DNA of 64,000 nt from an uncultured Chloroflexia bacterium (GCA_963782565.1 CAWAKH010000002.1:1356-65355), one strand, 5' to 3'; positions 9,047 to 19,968 are shown, counted from the stretch's first letter. Translations and numbers: made by a program. Notes: generated by a model from the letters alone, not told the origin.

Positions 9047-10081
9047 TTATTCTCGCTCCGTGATTTTGCCCACATAACGAAATTGCCCGGCCTGCAGGCC
9101 CTTGCGTTTGGCAATCACCAGGGTCAACAATTGAAGCGGAAGGATTTCGGCCAACGGGCGAGCAAAGTCCTCCATTTTGGGCAGGAGCAAAGAGGGCAAT
9201 TCAGGATCGGCCGTTGAATCCACCCACAATACACGCCCCCCGTGCGAAATGATATCCAGCCCCAGGTTACGATTCAATCCGGCTGTTGCCGGCGAACCTG
9301 CAAAAATCATTGCAGTAAACCCGGGAGAGACCAGTTCGAGCGGCCCATGCCGGAAATCCGCGCTGTTCATGGCCTCGAAAGCGCCCTTGGCCGCTTCCTT
9401 GTTAATCAGCGAGCCATTCCAAACCGCGCTCATGGAGGTTCCCCGCCCGAGAATAAAAAGTTGATTGAATTCGCCCAGCAACGTGTCCAACTCGTCGAGG
9501 CGCTGCTGCCATTCGGCCAGGTAAGTTTGCATCCCATCAGCCGCCGCCAACAAGTCCTCGAGCGCCTTTTCCAAATCACCGCCAGTCAACTGCACCGCGG
9601 CCAGCAAATTGGCAGCCAGCATGTTGATATACGTCTTGGTGCTGACGGTTGCCTCGACGCCTGCGCGAATGTCAATGCTTGCATCCGCTTGTAACGCCAG
9701 CGGGCTGGACACATCATTGACGAAGGTCAATAAATAGGCGGGAGGCCTGTCTTTGAGATGATCGAGAAGGTGGACAATTTCCGCGCTTCTCCCCGACTGG
9801 GAATTCATCCAGAGCAGAGATCGAGCTCCGATAGCGCCGCGCAGGTAATGCATCAATTCAGCCGCATTGATGAATTGAACGGGGATGGATTGATTGCATA
9901 GTCGAATGACTGCCGGATAAGCAGAGTTATACGAGGAGCCCATGCCGGTAATAATGATACGATCGAATTTTCCGCCCCTGAGATGCTCATCTATATCCTT
10001 AAGAATGAGACGAGGATAATTCGTCAGCAGGCCCCGCAGCGCGGAGGGTTGAGCAAGCAGATCAGAAATATACGGATTCAT
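9047..10081 (-). CDS. Double-SIS-domain sugar-phosphate isomerase/deaminase (GlmS isomerase-domain / AgaS / FrlB-like)
   Basis: Motifs RIIITGMGSSYNSAYP and LFILGRGTSMSAVWNGSLINKEA, one per SIS domain. The ATG at 10081 forms a TGATG overlap with the upstream ROK kinase stop. An alternative start lies at 10102. Confidence 0.8.
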   Translation of the reverse strand: MNPYISDLLAQPSALRGLLTNYPRLILKDIDEHLRGGKFDRIIITGMGSSYNSAYPAVIRLCNQSIPVQFINAAELMHYLRGAIGARSLLWMNSQSGRSAEIVHLLDHLKDRPPAYLLTFVNDVSSPLALQADASIDIRAGVEATVSTKTYINMLAANLLAAVQLTGGDLEKALEDLLAAADGMQTYLAEWQQRLDELDTLLGEFNQLFILGRGTSMSAVWNGSLINKEAAKGAFEAMNSADFRHGPLELVSPGFTAMIFAGSPATAGLNRNLGLDIISHGGRVLWVDSTADPELPSLLLPKMEDFARPLAEILPLQLLTLVIAKRKGLQAGQFRYVGKITERE

Positions 10082-11043
10082 CAACCCTTCGCGCTCCAGC
10101 ACGCCACGCCTATCATGCCGGCGTTATCGCCCAATTGCGAGGCAACAACTTCAACCTGGTCAACCGGCATGACGAAGACATGTTCCCTTAATGAACGGCG
10201 CATCGGCTCCAACAGCAGTTCGCCGGCCCGGGCCACGCCGCCGGCGATTATGATGCGGCGCGGACCTACGGAAACGCAAACATTTGCCGCGGCCACACCG
10301 AGGTAGAACCCAGCTTTTTCATAAACACCCTTGGCGATCTCGTCGCCTGCTCTGGCCGCTTCGGCGATCAGTTCGGGGGTGATACGATTAAGATCATACT
10401 CGCACAGGTCAGCGATCCGAGTAGTCAGCCCCTGGGCCACGGCCTTCATGCCCATCACTGCAATTGAAGGCCCGGAGGCATAGGCTTCGAGGCAGCCATG
10501 ACTGCCGCAGCCACACTTGGGGCCATTGAAATCAATGACACTATGACCCAACTCGCCGCCGGTACCTCCAATCCCAAGATGCAGTTGTCCATTAATGACC
10601 AATCCTCCGCCGATCCCGGTGCCGATGGCGAAGACCGCTATCGTATCCAGACCACGCCCTGCTCCGAATCGCCACTCCCCATTGGTGATCGATCGGACAT
10701 CGTTTAGTAACTGGGTTGGCAGCTCTGTAAGGTTGGCGATGGTATCGCGCAGGGGAACGTGCGGCCAGGTGCCGGGCAGATTCGGCAGGAACAAGGTCTC
10801 GCCTTTTTCCAGGTCCAGTACGCCAGGTACTCCGATGCCTATACCACCAATGTCTTCTTTCTTCATCCCAGCAGCCTGGATTAGCTGAAGAAACAGATCA
10901 GCCATGCGCTGCATAACAACTTTATGGCCCTGGCGAGCGAGGGTAGGAACGCTCGACTGCTGCAAGACTGCCCCGCTTTCCACATCGACGATCGCCGCGC
11001 GCAGGTTGGTACCGCCCAGATCACAACCGATATATTTCTTCAT
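10081..11043 (-). CDS. ROK-family sugar kinase (glucokinase / N-acetylhexosamine kinase-like)
   Basis: ATP motif IGCDLGGTNLR, ROK zinc motif GHSVIDFNGPKCGCGSHGCLEAYASG, and no N-terminal HTH. Confidence 0.85.
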   Translation of the reverse strand: MKKYIGCDLGGTNLRAAIVDVESGAVLQQSSVPTLARQGHKVVMQRMADLFLQLIQAAGMKKEDIGGIGIGVPGVLDLEKGETLFLPNLPGTWPHVPLRDTIANLTELPTQLLNDVRSITNGEWRFGAGRGLDTIAVFAIGTGIGGGLVINGQLHLGIGGTGGELGHSVIDFNGPKCGCGSHGCLEAYASGPSIAVMGMKAVAQGLTTRIADLCEYDLNRITPELIAEAARAGDEIAKGVYEKAGFYLGVAAANVCVSVGPRRIIIAGGVARAGELLLEPMRRSLREHVFVMPVDQVEVVASQLGDNAGMIGVACWSAKG

Positions 11044-11231
11044 GAAAGATCCTCATTGAAGATTTTCGCCCCTCACGTTTCCGGACCAGACTATCCGCAA
11101 ACTCTTGAAGAGTCCGCCTTGAGGGTGCAACGCGAGGTTGCAGGGCCCTCGAGGCGATCCTATGTATTATAGAATTGGCTCCAAAGTGGATAATTCGAGG
11201 CTGGCTGCGGAGGAATTATCAACTTTGGTTT

Positions 11232-12146
11232 CTAATGAAAATACGGTTTTAGAACATCACGAGACAAATAAAAGCCGCGCTTGACGAGCGCCTCGTCGCC
11301 CTCGAATACCCGGTCTTCATGCTCAATGCTCACAACGTAATCATAGCGGGCAGCAGTGAGCGCCGCAAAGAACTTTGACCAGTCTATATCCCCCAACCCC
11401 GGCAGGCGCGGCACCTGCCAGCCCATTCCCTGCGACAGAACACCGTTATTGTACAAGCCTTCGCGATCAATGTGCAGGTCTTTGGCATGCACATGGAATA
11501 TCTTTCCGGCAAACTCACGTACCACACGCTCGTAGTCGATCATCTGCAGGATGAGATGCGAGGGGTCGAGGTTCAGCCCAAAGTTATCATCCGCAATAAT
11601 CTCCCACATCTTGCGCCAGATCGCCGGGGTGCTGGCCAGGTTATTACCGCCCGGCCACTCGTCCAGTGAAAAGATCATCGGGCAATTTTCTATGGCAATC
11701 TTTATGCCGCGCTCACGTGCAAACTTGACAATGGGCGGCCAGATCTTTGCGTAGTCTTCCAGGTTCTGAGGAACGGTTTTGTTCTTGTCCTTGCCTATAA
11801 AAGTCCCGACGACTGGCACTTCCAGCAGGGCCGCAGCTTCTATGACCTTCTTCAGGTGGGCAATGACTCGTTCACGATGTTCAGCTTCGGGGTGAAGGGG
11901 GTTGGGATAATAGGCAAGCGCGGAGATGGGTAATCCGTAACCGTCAAGCATCTTACGGATTTCCCTGGCTTGACCCTTATCCATAGCTACGACATCGATA
12001 TGAGTCACGCCGGCATAGCGGCGGGAAGCTTTTTCGACTGGCCAGCAAGCCACCTCGATCGCCTGAAAACCGCTTTCGGCGCCCCATTTGGCGGCCTGTT
12101 CAAGTGTGCTGTCTGGAAGAGCAGCGGTTAAGAATCCGAGTTTCAT
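11232..12146 (-). CDS. Sugar phosphate isomerase/epimerase (xylose-isomerase-like TIM barrel)
   Basis: 304 aa with AP_endonuc_2-type motifs (GFQAIEV, IKIAIENCP, FHVHAKD, SIEHED). Confidence 0.8.
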   Translation of the reverse strand: MKLGFLTAALPDSTLEQAAKWGAESGFQAIEVACWPVEKASRRYAGVTHIDVVAMDKGQAREIRKMLDGYGLPISALAYYPNPLHPEAEHRERVIAHLKKVIEAAALLEVPVVGTFIGKDKNKTVPQNLEDYAKIWPPIVKFARERGIKIAIENCPMIFSLDEWPGGNNLASTPAIWRKMWEIIADDNFGLNLDPSHLILQMIDYERVVREFAGKIFHVHAKDLHIDREGLYNNGVLSQGMGWQVPRLPGLGDIDWSKFFAALTAARYDYVVSIEHEDRVFEGDEALVKRGFYLSRDVLKPYFH

Positions 12147-12155
12147 TTTGACTCC

Positions 12156-13322
12156 TTATTTAATTTTGACCCAGGTCTTCTCGCGAGCACTGCGTTCAAT
12201 AGCTTCACACAACTGCATTTCATAATGTCCATCGGCGAAGGTGGGAAAGTCCGGTGTTTTGTCATAATCGCCAGCCAGAATGTAACTGTAAACTTTGTTA
12301 TAGAGTTGCTTGAAGGTATCAGGGAAACCTTCGTTATGACCGCCCGGATAAGAGGTAACTGCACGGGCTTCCGGTGATAGGAGCGATGGGTCCTTCATCA
12401 AAAGCTGATTGGGTTCCGTTCGATGGCCAACCCACATCTCGTTAGGTCTTTCAGAATCCCACCCGAGCGAAGACCGGGAGCCACTAATCTCATAGAACAG
12501 CCGGTTCTTGCGCCCCGATGAAACCTGTGAAACGGTCAACACACCCCGAACGCCGTTCTCGTAATGCAAAATAATCGTGGCATAATCTTCGGTGGTGATA
12601 GGTTGGTCAACAAGATCGGCTGGCTGCAGAATCTTCCCTGTGAACGTCTCCACGGATCTGGCGGGTTTCTTGCGGATGGGATGAAAAGTCTTGAAGTCTG
12701 CGTAGACTTCCTCGACGCGCAGGCCTGTAATAAAAGTCAGGAGGTCCAGCCAATGGGAGCCGATATCTCCGACAGCGCGCAAGATTCCGCCCTGGCTGGG
12801 TTCGAGGCGCCAGTTCCAATCTGTGGGAAAGAGCAGCCAATCTTGAAGATAGGAACCCTGAACGATGAACAGGTCCCCTAATTCCCCGCTTTGAACCATA
12901 CTGTGTGCCTGTTGCGACATAGGGTACATTCGAATGTTGAAATTGACGGCATTGACCAGCTTCTTCTCGGCCGCCAACCGGACCAATTCCCCCAACTCCG
13001 CAGCATTCATAGCCAGCGGTTTTTCACAGACCACGTGTTTACCAGCCAGGAGCGCGGCCCTGGCATGGGGATGATGCAGGTAGTTGGGTGTGGCAAGATG
13101 AACCACATCAATGTCCGGGTCGGCCAGCAGCTTTTCGAGAGAACCATAAATCCGTGGGATATTCATCTCGGCGGCCTTTTCCTGCGCCTTCTCGGTCGTA
13201 TTCTCGGCCAGCCCCAGAACCTGGATGCCGTTTCGACGCAGGGCCTCAACGTGGGCCGGGCCTATGAAACCCGTGCCCGCCACCCCAACGCCTATGGTTT
13301 GCCTGGTAAGTTGTTTGGTCAT
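12156..13322 (-). CDS. Gfo/Idh/MocA family oxidoreductase
   Basis: N-terminal Rossmann motif [18 protein letters not shown] and EKPLA motif ([10 protein letters not shown]). Confidence 0.85.
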   Translation of the reverse strand: MTKQLTRQTIGVGVAGTGFIGPAHVEALRRNGIQVLGLAENTTEKAQEKAAEMNIPRIYGSLEKLLADPDIDVVHLATPNYLHHPHARAALLAGKHVVCEKPLAMNAAELGELVRLAAEKKLVNAVNFNIRMYPMSQQAHSMVQSGELGDLFIVQGSYLQDWLLFPTDWNWRLEPSQGGILRAVGDIGSHWLDLLTFITGLRVEEVYADFKTFHPIRKKPARSVETFTGKILQPADLVDQPITTEDYATIILHYENGVRGVLTVSQVSSGRKNRLFYEISGSRSSLGWDSERPNEMWVGHRTEPNQLLMKDPSLLSPEARAVTSYPGGHNEGFPDTFKQLYNKVYSYILAGDYDKTPDFPTFADGHYEMQLCEAIERSAREKTWVKIK

Positions 13323-13374
13323 GAAGAAGCTCCGCGGGCCTAGTAGGTAGCCGAACCAGAATCCAGTGTAAACC

Positions 13375-14085
13375 TCATGATGGGTTGCCTTCTTTCATCC
13401 GTTTGAAATCGTCCAGAATGGCCGCCGTGGCGGTTGCTCCGCAGCGCGTGGCGCCCGTATCGATCACATCGAGCAGCGCCGGTAGAGTACGGACGCCACC
13501 TGCAGCTTTCACCTGAACCTTCTCACTGACAGCCCTGCGCATAAGGCGCAAGTCATCAAGAGTGGCGCCGGAAGGGGCAAAACCCGTGGAGGTCTTCACC
13601 CAGTCTGCGCCCGCTGCCTCGGCGAGCTTGCAGGCTGTGACCTTCTGATCATCGGTCAGATAGGCGTTTTCGAAAATGACCTTCACTTTAGCGTTTCGTG
13701 CATGTGCCTGGTCACACACAGCCTTTATATCATCACGCACAAAGTCGGTCCTGCCCGAGCGCAGCTCGCCGATGTTGAGGACCATATCCAGCTCCACCGC
13801 ACCTTCGTCCATGGCCTGCCTGGCTTCGGCCACTTTGATGGCTGTTACGTTGCTCCCATGCGGGAACCCGATGACCGTGCTCACAAGCACATCAGAGTCT
13901 TTTAAGCGTTCTTTCGCCAGACTGACGTGACAGGGTTTTACGCAGACGGTAGCGGTGTGGTAACGAGCGGCGAGGTCGCAGCCTGCTCTCACATCCGCTT
14001 CGGTCAGCTCCGGACGGAGCAGTGAATGGTCAATGACTTTTGCCAGTTGTTCATAGGTTATGGTCTTGCTATTCAATGTAGACAT
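13375..14085 (-). CDS. deoC: Deoxyribose-phosphate aldolase
   Basis: [26 protein letters not shown] and the Schiff-base lysine context DWVKTSTGF. The start is taken at the MSTLNS ATG (14085); the ORF-track start is at 14109. Confidence 0.85.
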   Translation of the reverse strand: MSTLNSKTITYEQLAKVIDHSLLRPELTEADVRAGCDLAARYHTATVCVKPCHVSLAKERLKDSDVLVSTVIGFPHGSNVTAIKVAEARQAMDEGAVELDMVLNIGELRSGRTDFVRDDIKAVCDQAHARNAKVKVIFENAYLTDDQKVTACKLAEAAGADWVKTSTGFAPSGATLDDLRLMRRAVSEKVQVKAAGGVRTLPALLDVIDTGATRCGATATAAILDDFKRMKEGNPS

Positions 14086-14144
14086 AATATTCTCGTCCCT
14101 TAATACCATGAGACGATCGTTCTCCGCTCATGGATATCAATTCT

Positions 14145-15227
14145 TTAAGACTTCCTCCACAGATCTATAGGGTTTTCAACTTTAGGTGGGTTATAAGGGA
14201 AATCGATGCGCCGGCCATCACCTGCGGATTGATAGGCTGCATACAGGATCTTTAGCACCTCGCGGCCGTCCTGCCCGGTCTCCATCGGTTCCTCCCGGCC
14301 CAGGGCACAGTTGACGAAATGCTGCATTTCCTGCGGAAAGCCATAATTCCACACCTCCTCAAAAATAGTGAAGGTCCAACCACGTGTTGTCCCGGCTTTC
14401 TCGACCGCATATCCGTATCCATCCTGGCTGTAAGTCAACAATGAGCTGCCTTTCAGCAGGTCCGCGCGGGTATTTCCCTTAGAGCCGTAGATCTCACAAC
14501 GGTCGTCCACGCCCCCGCCTTTTGCCCACGAATTTTCGGCTATGTTGATCTTGTTGCCTTCATATTCGATCACCATTAAAGAATGGTCTTCCCCTTTGGT
14601 GCGCCCCTGGTGGACGAAGGTATTACAGTAGGCGGTGACGCTTTTGACTTTGGGTTTCCCCAGCACCCAGCGTCCATACTCCACCGAATGGCAGCCCATG
14701 TCCAACAGCACACCGCCGCCCGAGAGTTTCACGTCCCAGAACCAGGGCATATGCGGACCGTCGTGTTCCTCAGACTGTTTGATCAGGAAAGGTTCCCCTA
14801 TCGCGCCTTCTGCGATCAATTGTTTGGCGCGCACATACTTGGGTGCAAAGCACAGCTCTTCGGCGTACATGAGCAGCACACCCGCTTTAGCGGCCGCATC
14901 GATCATCTGATCCGCCTCTTCAACCGTCTTGCAGAGCGGTTTTTCACAGATGATATGCTTGCCTGCCCTGGCGATATCGAGCGCCGCCTGGCAGTGAAGG
15001 TAATTGGGTATCGAAATGGTGACGACGTCCAGCTCCTTCATCTTTAGCATCTCACGATAATCCTCAAATGCGTTCGGGATGCCCTGTTCCCTGGCGAATT
15101 CGCCCGCATGCCTGGGTGAAGCCACAGCGACGACTTCCGCCTCGCGCACGAAGTCCTTGAAGGCATGCATATGCAGACCGCTGACGAAACCCGCCCCAAT
15201 CAATCCAACTTTTATGGTTTTGCTCAT
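14145..15227 (-). CDS. Gfo/Idh/MocA family oxidoreductase
   Basis: IKVGLIGAGFVSGLH Rossmann motif and IICEKPL motif. Confidence 0.85.
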   Translation of the reverse strand: MSKTIKVGLIGAGFVSGLHMHAFKDFVREAEVVAVASPRHAGEFAREQGIPNAFEDYREMLKMKELDVVTISIPNYLHCQAALDIARAGKHIICEKPLCKTVEEADQMIDAAAKAGVLLMYAEELCFAPKYVRAKQLIAEGAIGEPFLIKQSEEHDGPHMPWFWDVKLSGGGVLLDMGCHSVEYGRWVLGKPKVKSVTAYCNTFVHQGRTKGEDHSLMVIEYEGNKINIAENSWAKGGGVDDRCEIYGSKGNTRADLLKGSSLLTYSQDGYGYAVEKAGTTRGWTFTIFEEVWNYGFPQEMQHFVNCALGREEPMETGQDGREVLKILYAAYQSAGDGRRIDFPYNPPKVENPIDLWRKS

Positions 15228-15373
15228 GACGAATTCCTCTCCTTGATGATATGACAGGCATGCGCCTGAAAGGATCGAGTTTGAGAATAAGCGAGGCGCA
15301 TCATTTTGCGATGTGACTATGATGGGGGCTTCGATGAGGCTGCGCTGTCGACGCGCCTCGCCTATTTCCAGAA

Positions 15374-16337
15374 TTATTGCCGCAGCGACCGCTGGCGTCC
15401 GTATATGGAGATCAAAACCAGTAAAGTTGCACCCAGCACCATGTTGCGCACCGATTCGGGCAGCTGCATGGTAGTTAATAGACTGGTGAGTAAAGTCAGC
15501 ACCAATGCGCCGGCCATGGTGCCAAAATAACTGCCTTCACCGCCCGACAACAGGGTCCCACCGACAGCCACGGCAGCGATGGACGGGAACAGGAAGGAGT
15601 TGCCTATGTTAATGAAAACGACACCGGTATTTCCCACCACCAGAAAACCGCCCAGGCCCGAAAGCGCCCCCGCAAGTATATAGGTTCCCATGACCATGCC
15701 GGTAACATTTATCCCGGATAGCCGCGCAGTAACACGATTAGTACCGATCGCAAAAAGGTTCTTTCCAAAGGCCGTGCGTTCCAGCAGGAGCCACATTAAG
15801 CCGGCAAAGATAATCCAAATGATGATGGCGCCGGGAATCCCAAAAATAAGGGGCCGTGCAATCACTTTGGTCATGATTGGTGACACTGCACCACTGACAT
15901 TTCCGTGCTGGACGATCAGGATCAGACCGGTAACGACACCCGACATGCCCAGCGTCATTACTAAAGGCGCAATATGCAGGAATGAAATCCCGAGCCCGTT
16001 GATCAGGCCGATCACCGCACCCACCAGGATCGCGGCGGCCAGCGCCGGTAGGATACGCCCGTCTTTACCGTTGACCAGGACATAAGTCACGATGGCTGAA
16101 AGCGTCACCACTGCGCCCACTGAAAGATCGATGCCTTCACCCCCGCTGATGATAACCAAAGTCTGCCCGGCAGCGATCACTCCCAGAAAGACCGATAAAC
16201 GAACGAATATTTAACGCCTGCCCTTTTGCGATCTCCAGGCTGCTTCCATAACTATTGGGGAGAAATCCGCCCAGGATGAAAAGGATGATGGCAAGTAACA
16301 CTGCGGCCACTGGCGGGGAAATCGCGAAGCGTTTCAT
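15374..16337 (-). pseudogene. Ribose-type ABC sugar permease (RbsC-like) interrupted by a frameshift near 16205-16211
   Basis: The N-terminal 43 codons (MKRFAISPP...EIAKGQALN) are in one frame. The rest (IFVRLSVFLGVIAAGQTLVIISGGEGIDLSVG...) is in another. The joined sequence parallels the adjacent paralogue (NIFDRV...AAGQAVVILGGGIDISVGS). Confidence 0.7.
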
Positions 16338-17302
16338 CGGCGCCTCCTCTGGAACAGGTGAATTACTCCAGGGGCAGCGAGGGCCACCACAATGATGGCG
16401 GCGTTAACAAAGGTTTGCCACCATGTATCGATGTTGGCAAAAGAAATAATGTTTTTGATGAAGCCCAGGATAACCGCCCCGATAATAGAGCCTGCAACCC
16501 CCCCGACGCCGCCGCTCAGGGCCGTCCCACCGATCACGACGGCAGTGATGGATGAAAGGGTGAGCTGGTCGCCAGTATTTGCATTTCCGGAGGACACCAG
16601 AAGTGTGATGGCGATGCCACTGAATGCAGCCATCAGGCCCGCGATCACATAGGTGCTAAACTGTACAAGGCTGACGGGCACGGCCGTCTCGTAAGCGGCA
16701 TCGGCCTTGCCGCCGACCGCAAATAAATACCGGCCATAGCGGGTCTGCCGGATAAAGGCCCAGGCAAGCAGAATAAGGGCAATGACAATAAAGGCCAGGG
16801 GAAGGCCGAGCGGGGTTGTATCCCTGTAAAAGGTGGAAAAGCTTTTGGGGATTCCCCCACCAGGATTGGGCAAAATGAATAACGCCAGACCAGCATACAA
16901 GAAACTTGTGGCGTACGTGGTAATAATAGGCTGGAGACGCATAAAGGCCACAAAAAATCCGTTAAGCGCGCCGGCCAGCATGCCAGCCAGTAAGGCCAGC
17001 CCCATGATCAAATACATTTTCTGCGGATCCCCCTGCAGACCAACTTGGGTGGCAAGGATCACGTTCACAATGGAAACGATGGAGCCCACGGAGATATCAA
17101 TACCGCCGCCAAGAATGACCACGGCCTGTCCGGCCGCCAAAATAATAAGCGGCAGGAAAACACGCATATTTCCGTTCAGCGTTACACGATCGAAGATATT
17201 GTGCTGAAAAAAAAGATTGATGAGAATGATGATGACGAGCAACAACAGGGAAAACAAATATGGATTACGCCTCGCGAATGACTGCCAGCCCAGTCTGTTC
17301 AC
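16334..17302 (-). CDS. Ribose-type ABC sugar permease (RbsC/BPD_transp_2 family)
   Basis: 322 aa polytopic protein with GGIDISVGS and ALSGGVGGVAGSIIGA motifs. Its stop abuts the start of the next permease. Confidence 0.85.
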   Translation of the reverse strand: MNRLGWQSFARRNPYLFSLLLLVIIILINLFFQHNIFDRVTLNGNMRVFLPLIILAAGQAVVILGGGIDISVGSIVSIVNVILATQVGLQGDPQKMYLIMGLALLAGMLAGALNGFFVAFMRLQPIITTYATSFLYAGLALFILPNPGGGIPKSFSTFYRDTTPLGLPLAFIVIALILLAWAFIRQTRYGRYLFAVGGKADAAYETAVPVSLVQFSTYVIAGLMAAFSGIAITLLVSSGNANTGDQLTLSSITAVVIGGTALSGGVGGVAGSIIGAVILGFIKNIISFANIDTWWQTFVNAAIIVVALAAPGVIHLFQRRRR

Positions 17303-18819
17303 TGCAGACCTTCCTGCGAAGCGCCCAGGCTTGCCGCTACAAGATTGGATTTAGTCAGCGATTCACCGGCGAGTTCCGAGCGTATCAAGCCGTCGTGCAT
17401 GACCAACACCCGATCACACAACCCAAGCAATTCTTCATCATCGCTGCTGTAGAATAAAACGGAAACCCCATCGGCACATAGCTTCGCCAGCAGGCGATAG
17501 AACTCGGCCTTGGTTCCAACGTCCACACCTTTGGTAGGATCATCGAGCAATAGCAAGCGCGGGTTGCGCAGCAGCCATTTTCCGATCACCACTTTCTGTG
17601 CATTGCCTCCCGAGAGCGCACTGACAGGCTGGTTCAGATCCGCCATTTTCAGGCTTAAACTCGAACCCACCTCATTCGCCGATTGGCGCGCTTTACCCAT
17701 GTGGGTCGGAAAACCGTAGTCACTCCAGGAAGGAAGCAAGAGGTTTTCCAGAATTGACCGGATGAACAGAAGGCCTTCCTTGGCGCGTTCACCCGGCACA
17801 AGAGCCACCCCCTTATTCATAGCCTGCCGGGGAGTTTTGAACTGCACGAACTCATCATCAAATTTGATCGTGCCAGAATATGCCAGATCGCCAAAAAGCG
17901 TATGCAGCAGGGTCCTCTGACCCTGCCCTCTAAGGCCGCCGATGCCAAGCAATTCACCTTCGCGTAGGATCAAATTCAACCCTTTGAGCCCTTCGGCGCT
18001 TAGATCGTTGACCTCCAGTTGGATTTTTTTGCTCAGGGAATTCCGGCTGGCCGATTTCTTTCGTTCCACAACACGCTCAGCTGTTTCATCGCCAACCATC
18101 AAAGCGACGATATCCTTTGTCGTGATTTGTTTCATTTCACCCGCGCCAACGGTCTTTCCATTACGAAGGACGGAGTAGCGGTCCGCGATGCGGAATATTT
18201 CCTCCATACGATGAGAAACAAAAATGATCGCCGTTCCTTCCTTTTTCCAACGACCGACCATTTCAAAGAGGCGTTCCACCTGCCGGCTGTCCAGGCTGGC
18301 AGTCGCCTCATCCAGAATAAGAAGGCGCGGGTCAAAGCTGACTGCCTTCAGGATTTCAACGATCTGTTTCTCATCCGAGGGCAGGGAGGAAACTGTCACT
18401 TCAGGACGGAGGCTGTTTTTGAAGGTGCCTGCAAAGAGAGAAAGCAATGATTCCGTTTTTTCACGGATCAATTTTCGGTCAACAATACCGCCGCGCCGGA
18501 GAGGCTCACGGGCCAGCCAGATATTCTCAGCCACGGTCATATAGGGCACCAGACTGAGATCTTGGAAGACTGTTGAGATACCGAGATTCTTGGCCGCTTG
18601 CGGCGAGGAAAAATGGACTGGCTGCCCTTCCAGGAGTAGTTGTCCTCGGTCGAGGACAACTACTCCGTTGATGATCTTGCTCAGCGTGCTCTTGCCGCTT
18701 CCATTGGCGCCGATCAACGCAACCACTTCACCCGCATTAATATCCAGGTTTGCATCCGAAAGGGCGATGACGCCCGCATATCGTTTGACTACGTTGCGGA
18801 CTGAAAGCGACAGTGACAT
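17299..18819 (-). CDS. Sugar ABC transporter ATP-binding protein with duplicated ABC cassette (RbsA/MglA-like)
   Basis: Walker A GANGSGKST. Two ABC signature-like motifs are present (PSDEKQ, degenerate, in the first cassette; LSGGNAQK in the second). Two Walker B motifs are present (LLILDEAT, LLLLDDPT). Confidence 0.9.
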   Translation of the reverse strand: MSLSLSVRNVVKRYAGVIALSDANLDINAGEVVALIGANGSGKSTLSKIINGVVVLDRGQLLLEGQPVHFSSPQAAKNLGISTVFQDLSLVPYMTVAENIWLAREPLRRGGIVDRKLIREKTESLLSLFAGTFKNSLRPEVTVSSLPSDEKQIVEILKAVSFDPRLLILDEATASLDSRQVERLFEMVGRWKKEGTAIIFVSHRMEEIFRIADRYSVLRNGKTVGAGEMKQITTKDIVALMVGDETAERVVERKKSASRNSLSKKIQLEVNDLSAEGLKGLNLILREGELLGIGGLRGQGQRTLLHTLFGDLAYSGTIKFDDEFVQFKTPRQAMNKGVALVPGERAKEGLLFIRSILENLLLPSWSDYGFPTHMGKARQSANEVGSSLSLKMADLNQPVSALSGGNAQKVVIGKWLLRNPRLLLLDDPTKGVDVGTKAEFYRLLAKLCADGVSVLFYSSDDEELLGLCDRVLVMHDGLIRSELAGESLTKSNLVAASLGASQEGLQ

Positions 18820-18822
18820 TAT

Positions 18823-19968
18823 TTACTTCAGGAAGAACTGCTGCACTTCGTCGTCGGTCATGATACCATCCAGCAGGTATGTGGCGGGTTTGCCATTGCA
18901 CTGCGTGCTGAAGACCTGTTGGAAGTTATCCTTGGTCACGATGACCGGGATGGGGATCACGAACTGGCTTCCGGAGGGGCCGCCCAGTTTGCTCGGATCA
19001 ACTTTCTTTCCCATCAACATGTTGACAGCAATCCGCAGACCCGTGGGGGAAACACCCGGAGGATTGGCGACGGCGATGGTCTCAAAGTTCGGATCAGTCT
19101 TGAGGCGGTCGGCCCACAACTGCAGGAACTGGCAGCGACCTTCACCAACTGCGATCGGGAATTTGGCCGGATTGGCAGCCAACACGGCTTGGAAAGCACC
19201 AATGGCCATACCATCCTGAGTCCAGTAGGCATCGAGGGTGGGATAAGCTGAAAGGAAGTTCGACATGACCTGCTGGCCGGTGGCCTCGTCCCAATTGCCG
19301 GTTTGCTTACCGAGCAGCTTGATGTCCGGGTACTTGGCGAATACTGCATCCACGCCGCTCATACGGGCTACATTGGCCGGATGGCCGGGGAACCCTTCGA
19401 TCTCCACGATATTGCCTTTGCCGCCGAGTTTATCAGCCAGCCATTGAGCCGAAGTTGTGGCCCAAAGTGTCTGGTCGATGCCTACATCGTACACGCCCTT
19501 GGCATCCAGAGCCTGGTCAACCGAGATCACAATGATGCCCTTGCTGACGGCTTCTTCGAGTGTGGCATTCAGGCCGTTGACATCACCGGGGTTGACAAGG
19601 ATGGCATCTACGTTCTTTGCCATCAGGTTCTGCAGCTGCTGGATCTGCCCAGGGACATCCGTGTCAGCACTTTCGATCACGAGATCATTAGTGATGCCCT
19701 TCGCCATATATTCGGCGTTGACATCCTTGAGCTCCTGGATCATCTGTGTGCGGTATTCGCTGCTGATGAACGAGTTCGAAATACCGATGGTGAACGTCTT
19801 CTGGGTCGGGGCTGCTGTAGCAGCGGGCGCCTGGGTGTTGGCGGGAGCCGCAGTGGCAGCCGGGGCCTGCGTGGCCGTGGCGGCGGGGGTGCCGCAGGCA
19901 GCCAGCATGGAGGTAATAGTGATCAAAACTATCACCAGCAAAACGAACTTTGTGCTTTTAGTCGACAT
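18823..19968 (-). CDS. Sugar ABC transporter substrate-binding lipoprotein (periplasmic binding protein type I)
   Basis: Lipobox (MLAACGT), a repetitive Ala/Pro/Thr linker (QAPAATAAP twice), then a PBP fold (FTIGISNSFISSEYR, AILVNPGD). Confidence 0.85.
   Translation of the reverse strand: MSTKSTKFVLLVIVLITITSMLAACGTPAATATQAPAATAAPANTQAPAATAAPTQKTFTIGISNSFISSEYRTQMIQELKDVNAEYMAKGITNDLVIESADTDVPGQIQQLQNLMAKNVDAILVNPGDVNGLNATLEEAVSKGIIVISVDQALDAKGVYDVGIDQTLWATTSAQWLADKLGGKGNIVEIEGFPGHPANVARMSGVDAVFAKYPDIKLLGKQTGNWDEATGQQVMSNFLSAYPTLDAYWTQDGMAIGAFQAVLAANPAKFPIAVGEGRCQFLQLWADRLKTDPNFETIAVANPPGVSPTGLRIAVNMLMGKKVDPSKLGGPSGSQFVIPIPVIVTKDNFQQVFSTQCNGKPATYLLDGIMTDDEVQQFFLK

Noticed and set aside
19795-19895. 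Tandem-like repeat in DNA encoding QAPAATAAP twice
   Set aside because: It is the low-complexity Ala/Pro/Thr linker after the lipoprotein signal peptide. Similar linkers occur at 6100-6250 and 46440-46600. It is not an independent repeat element.
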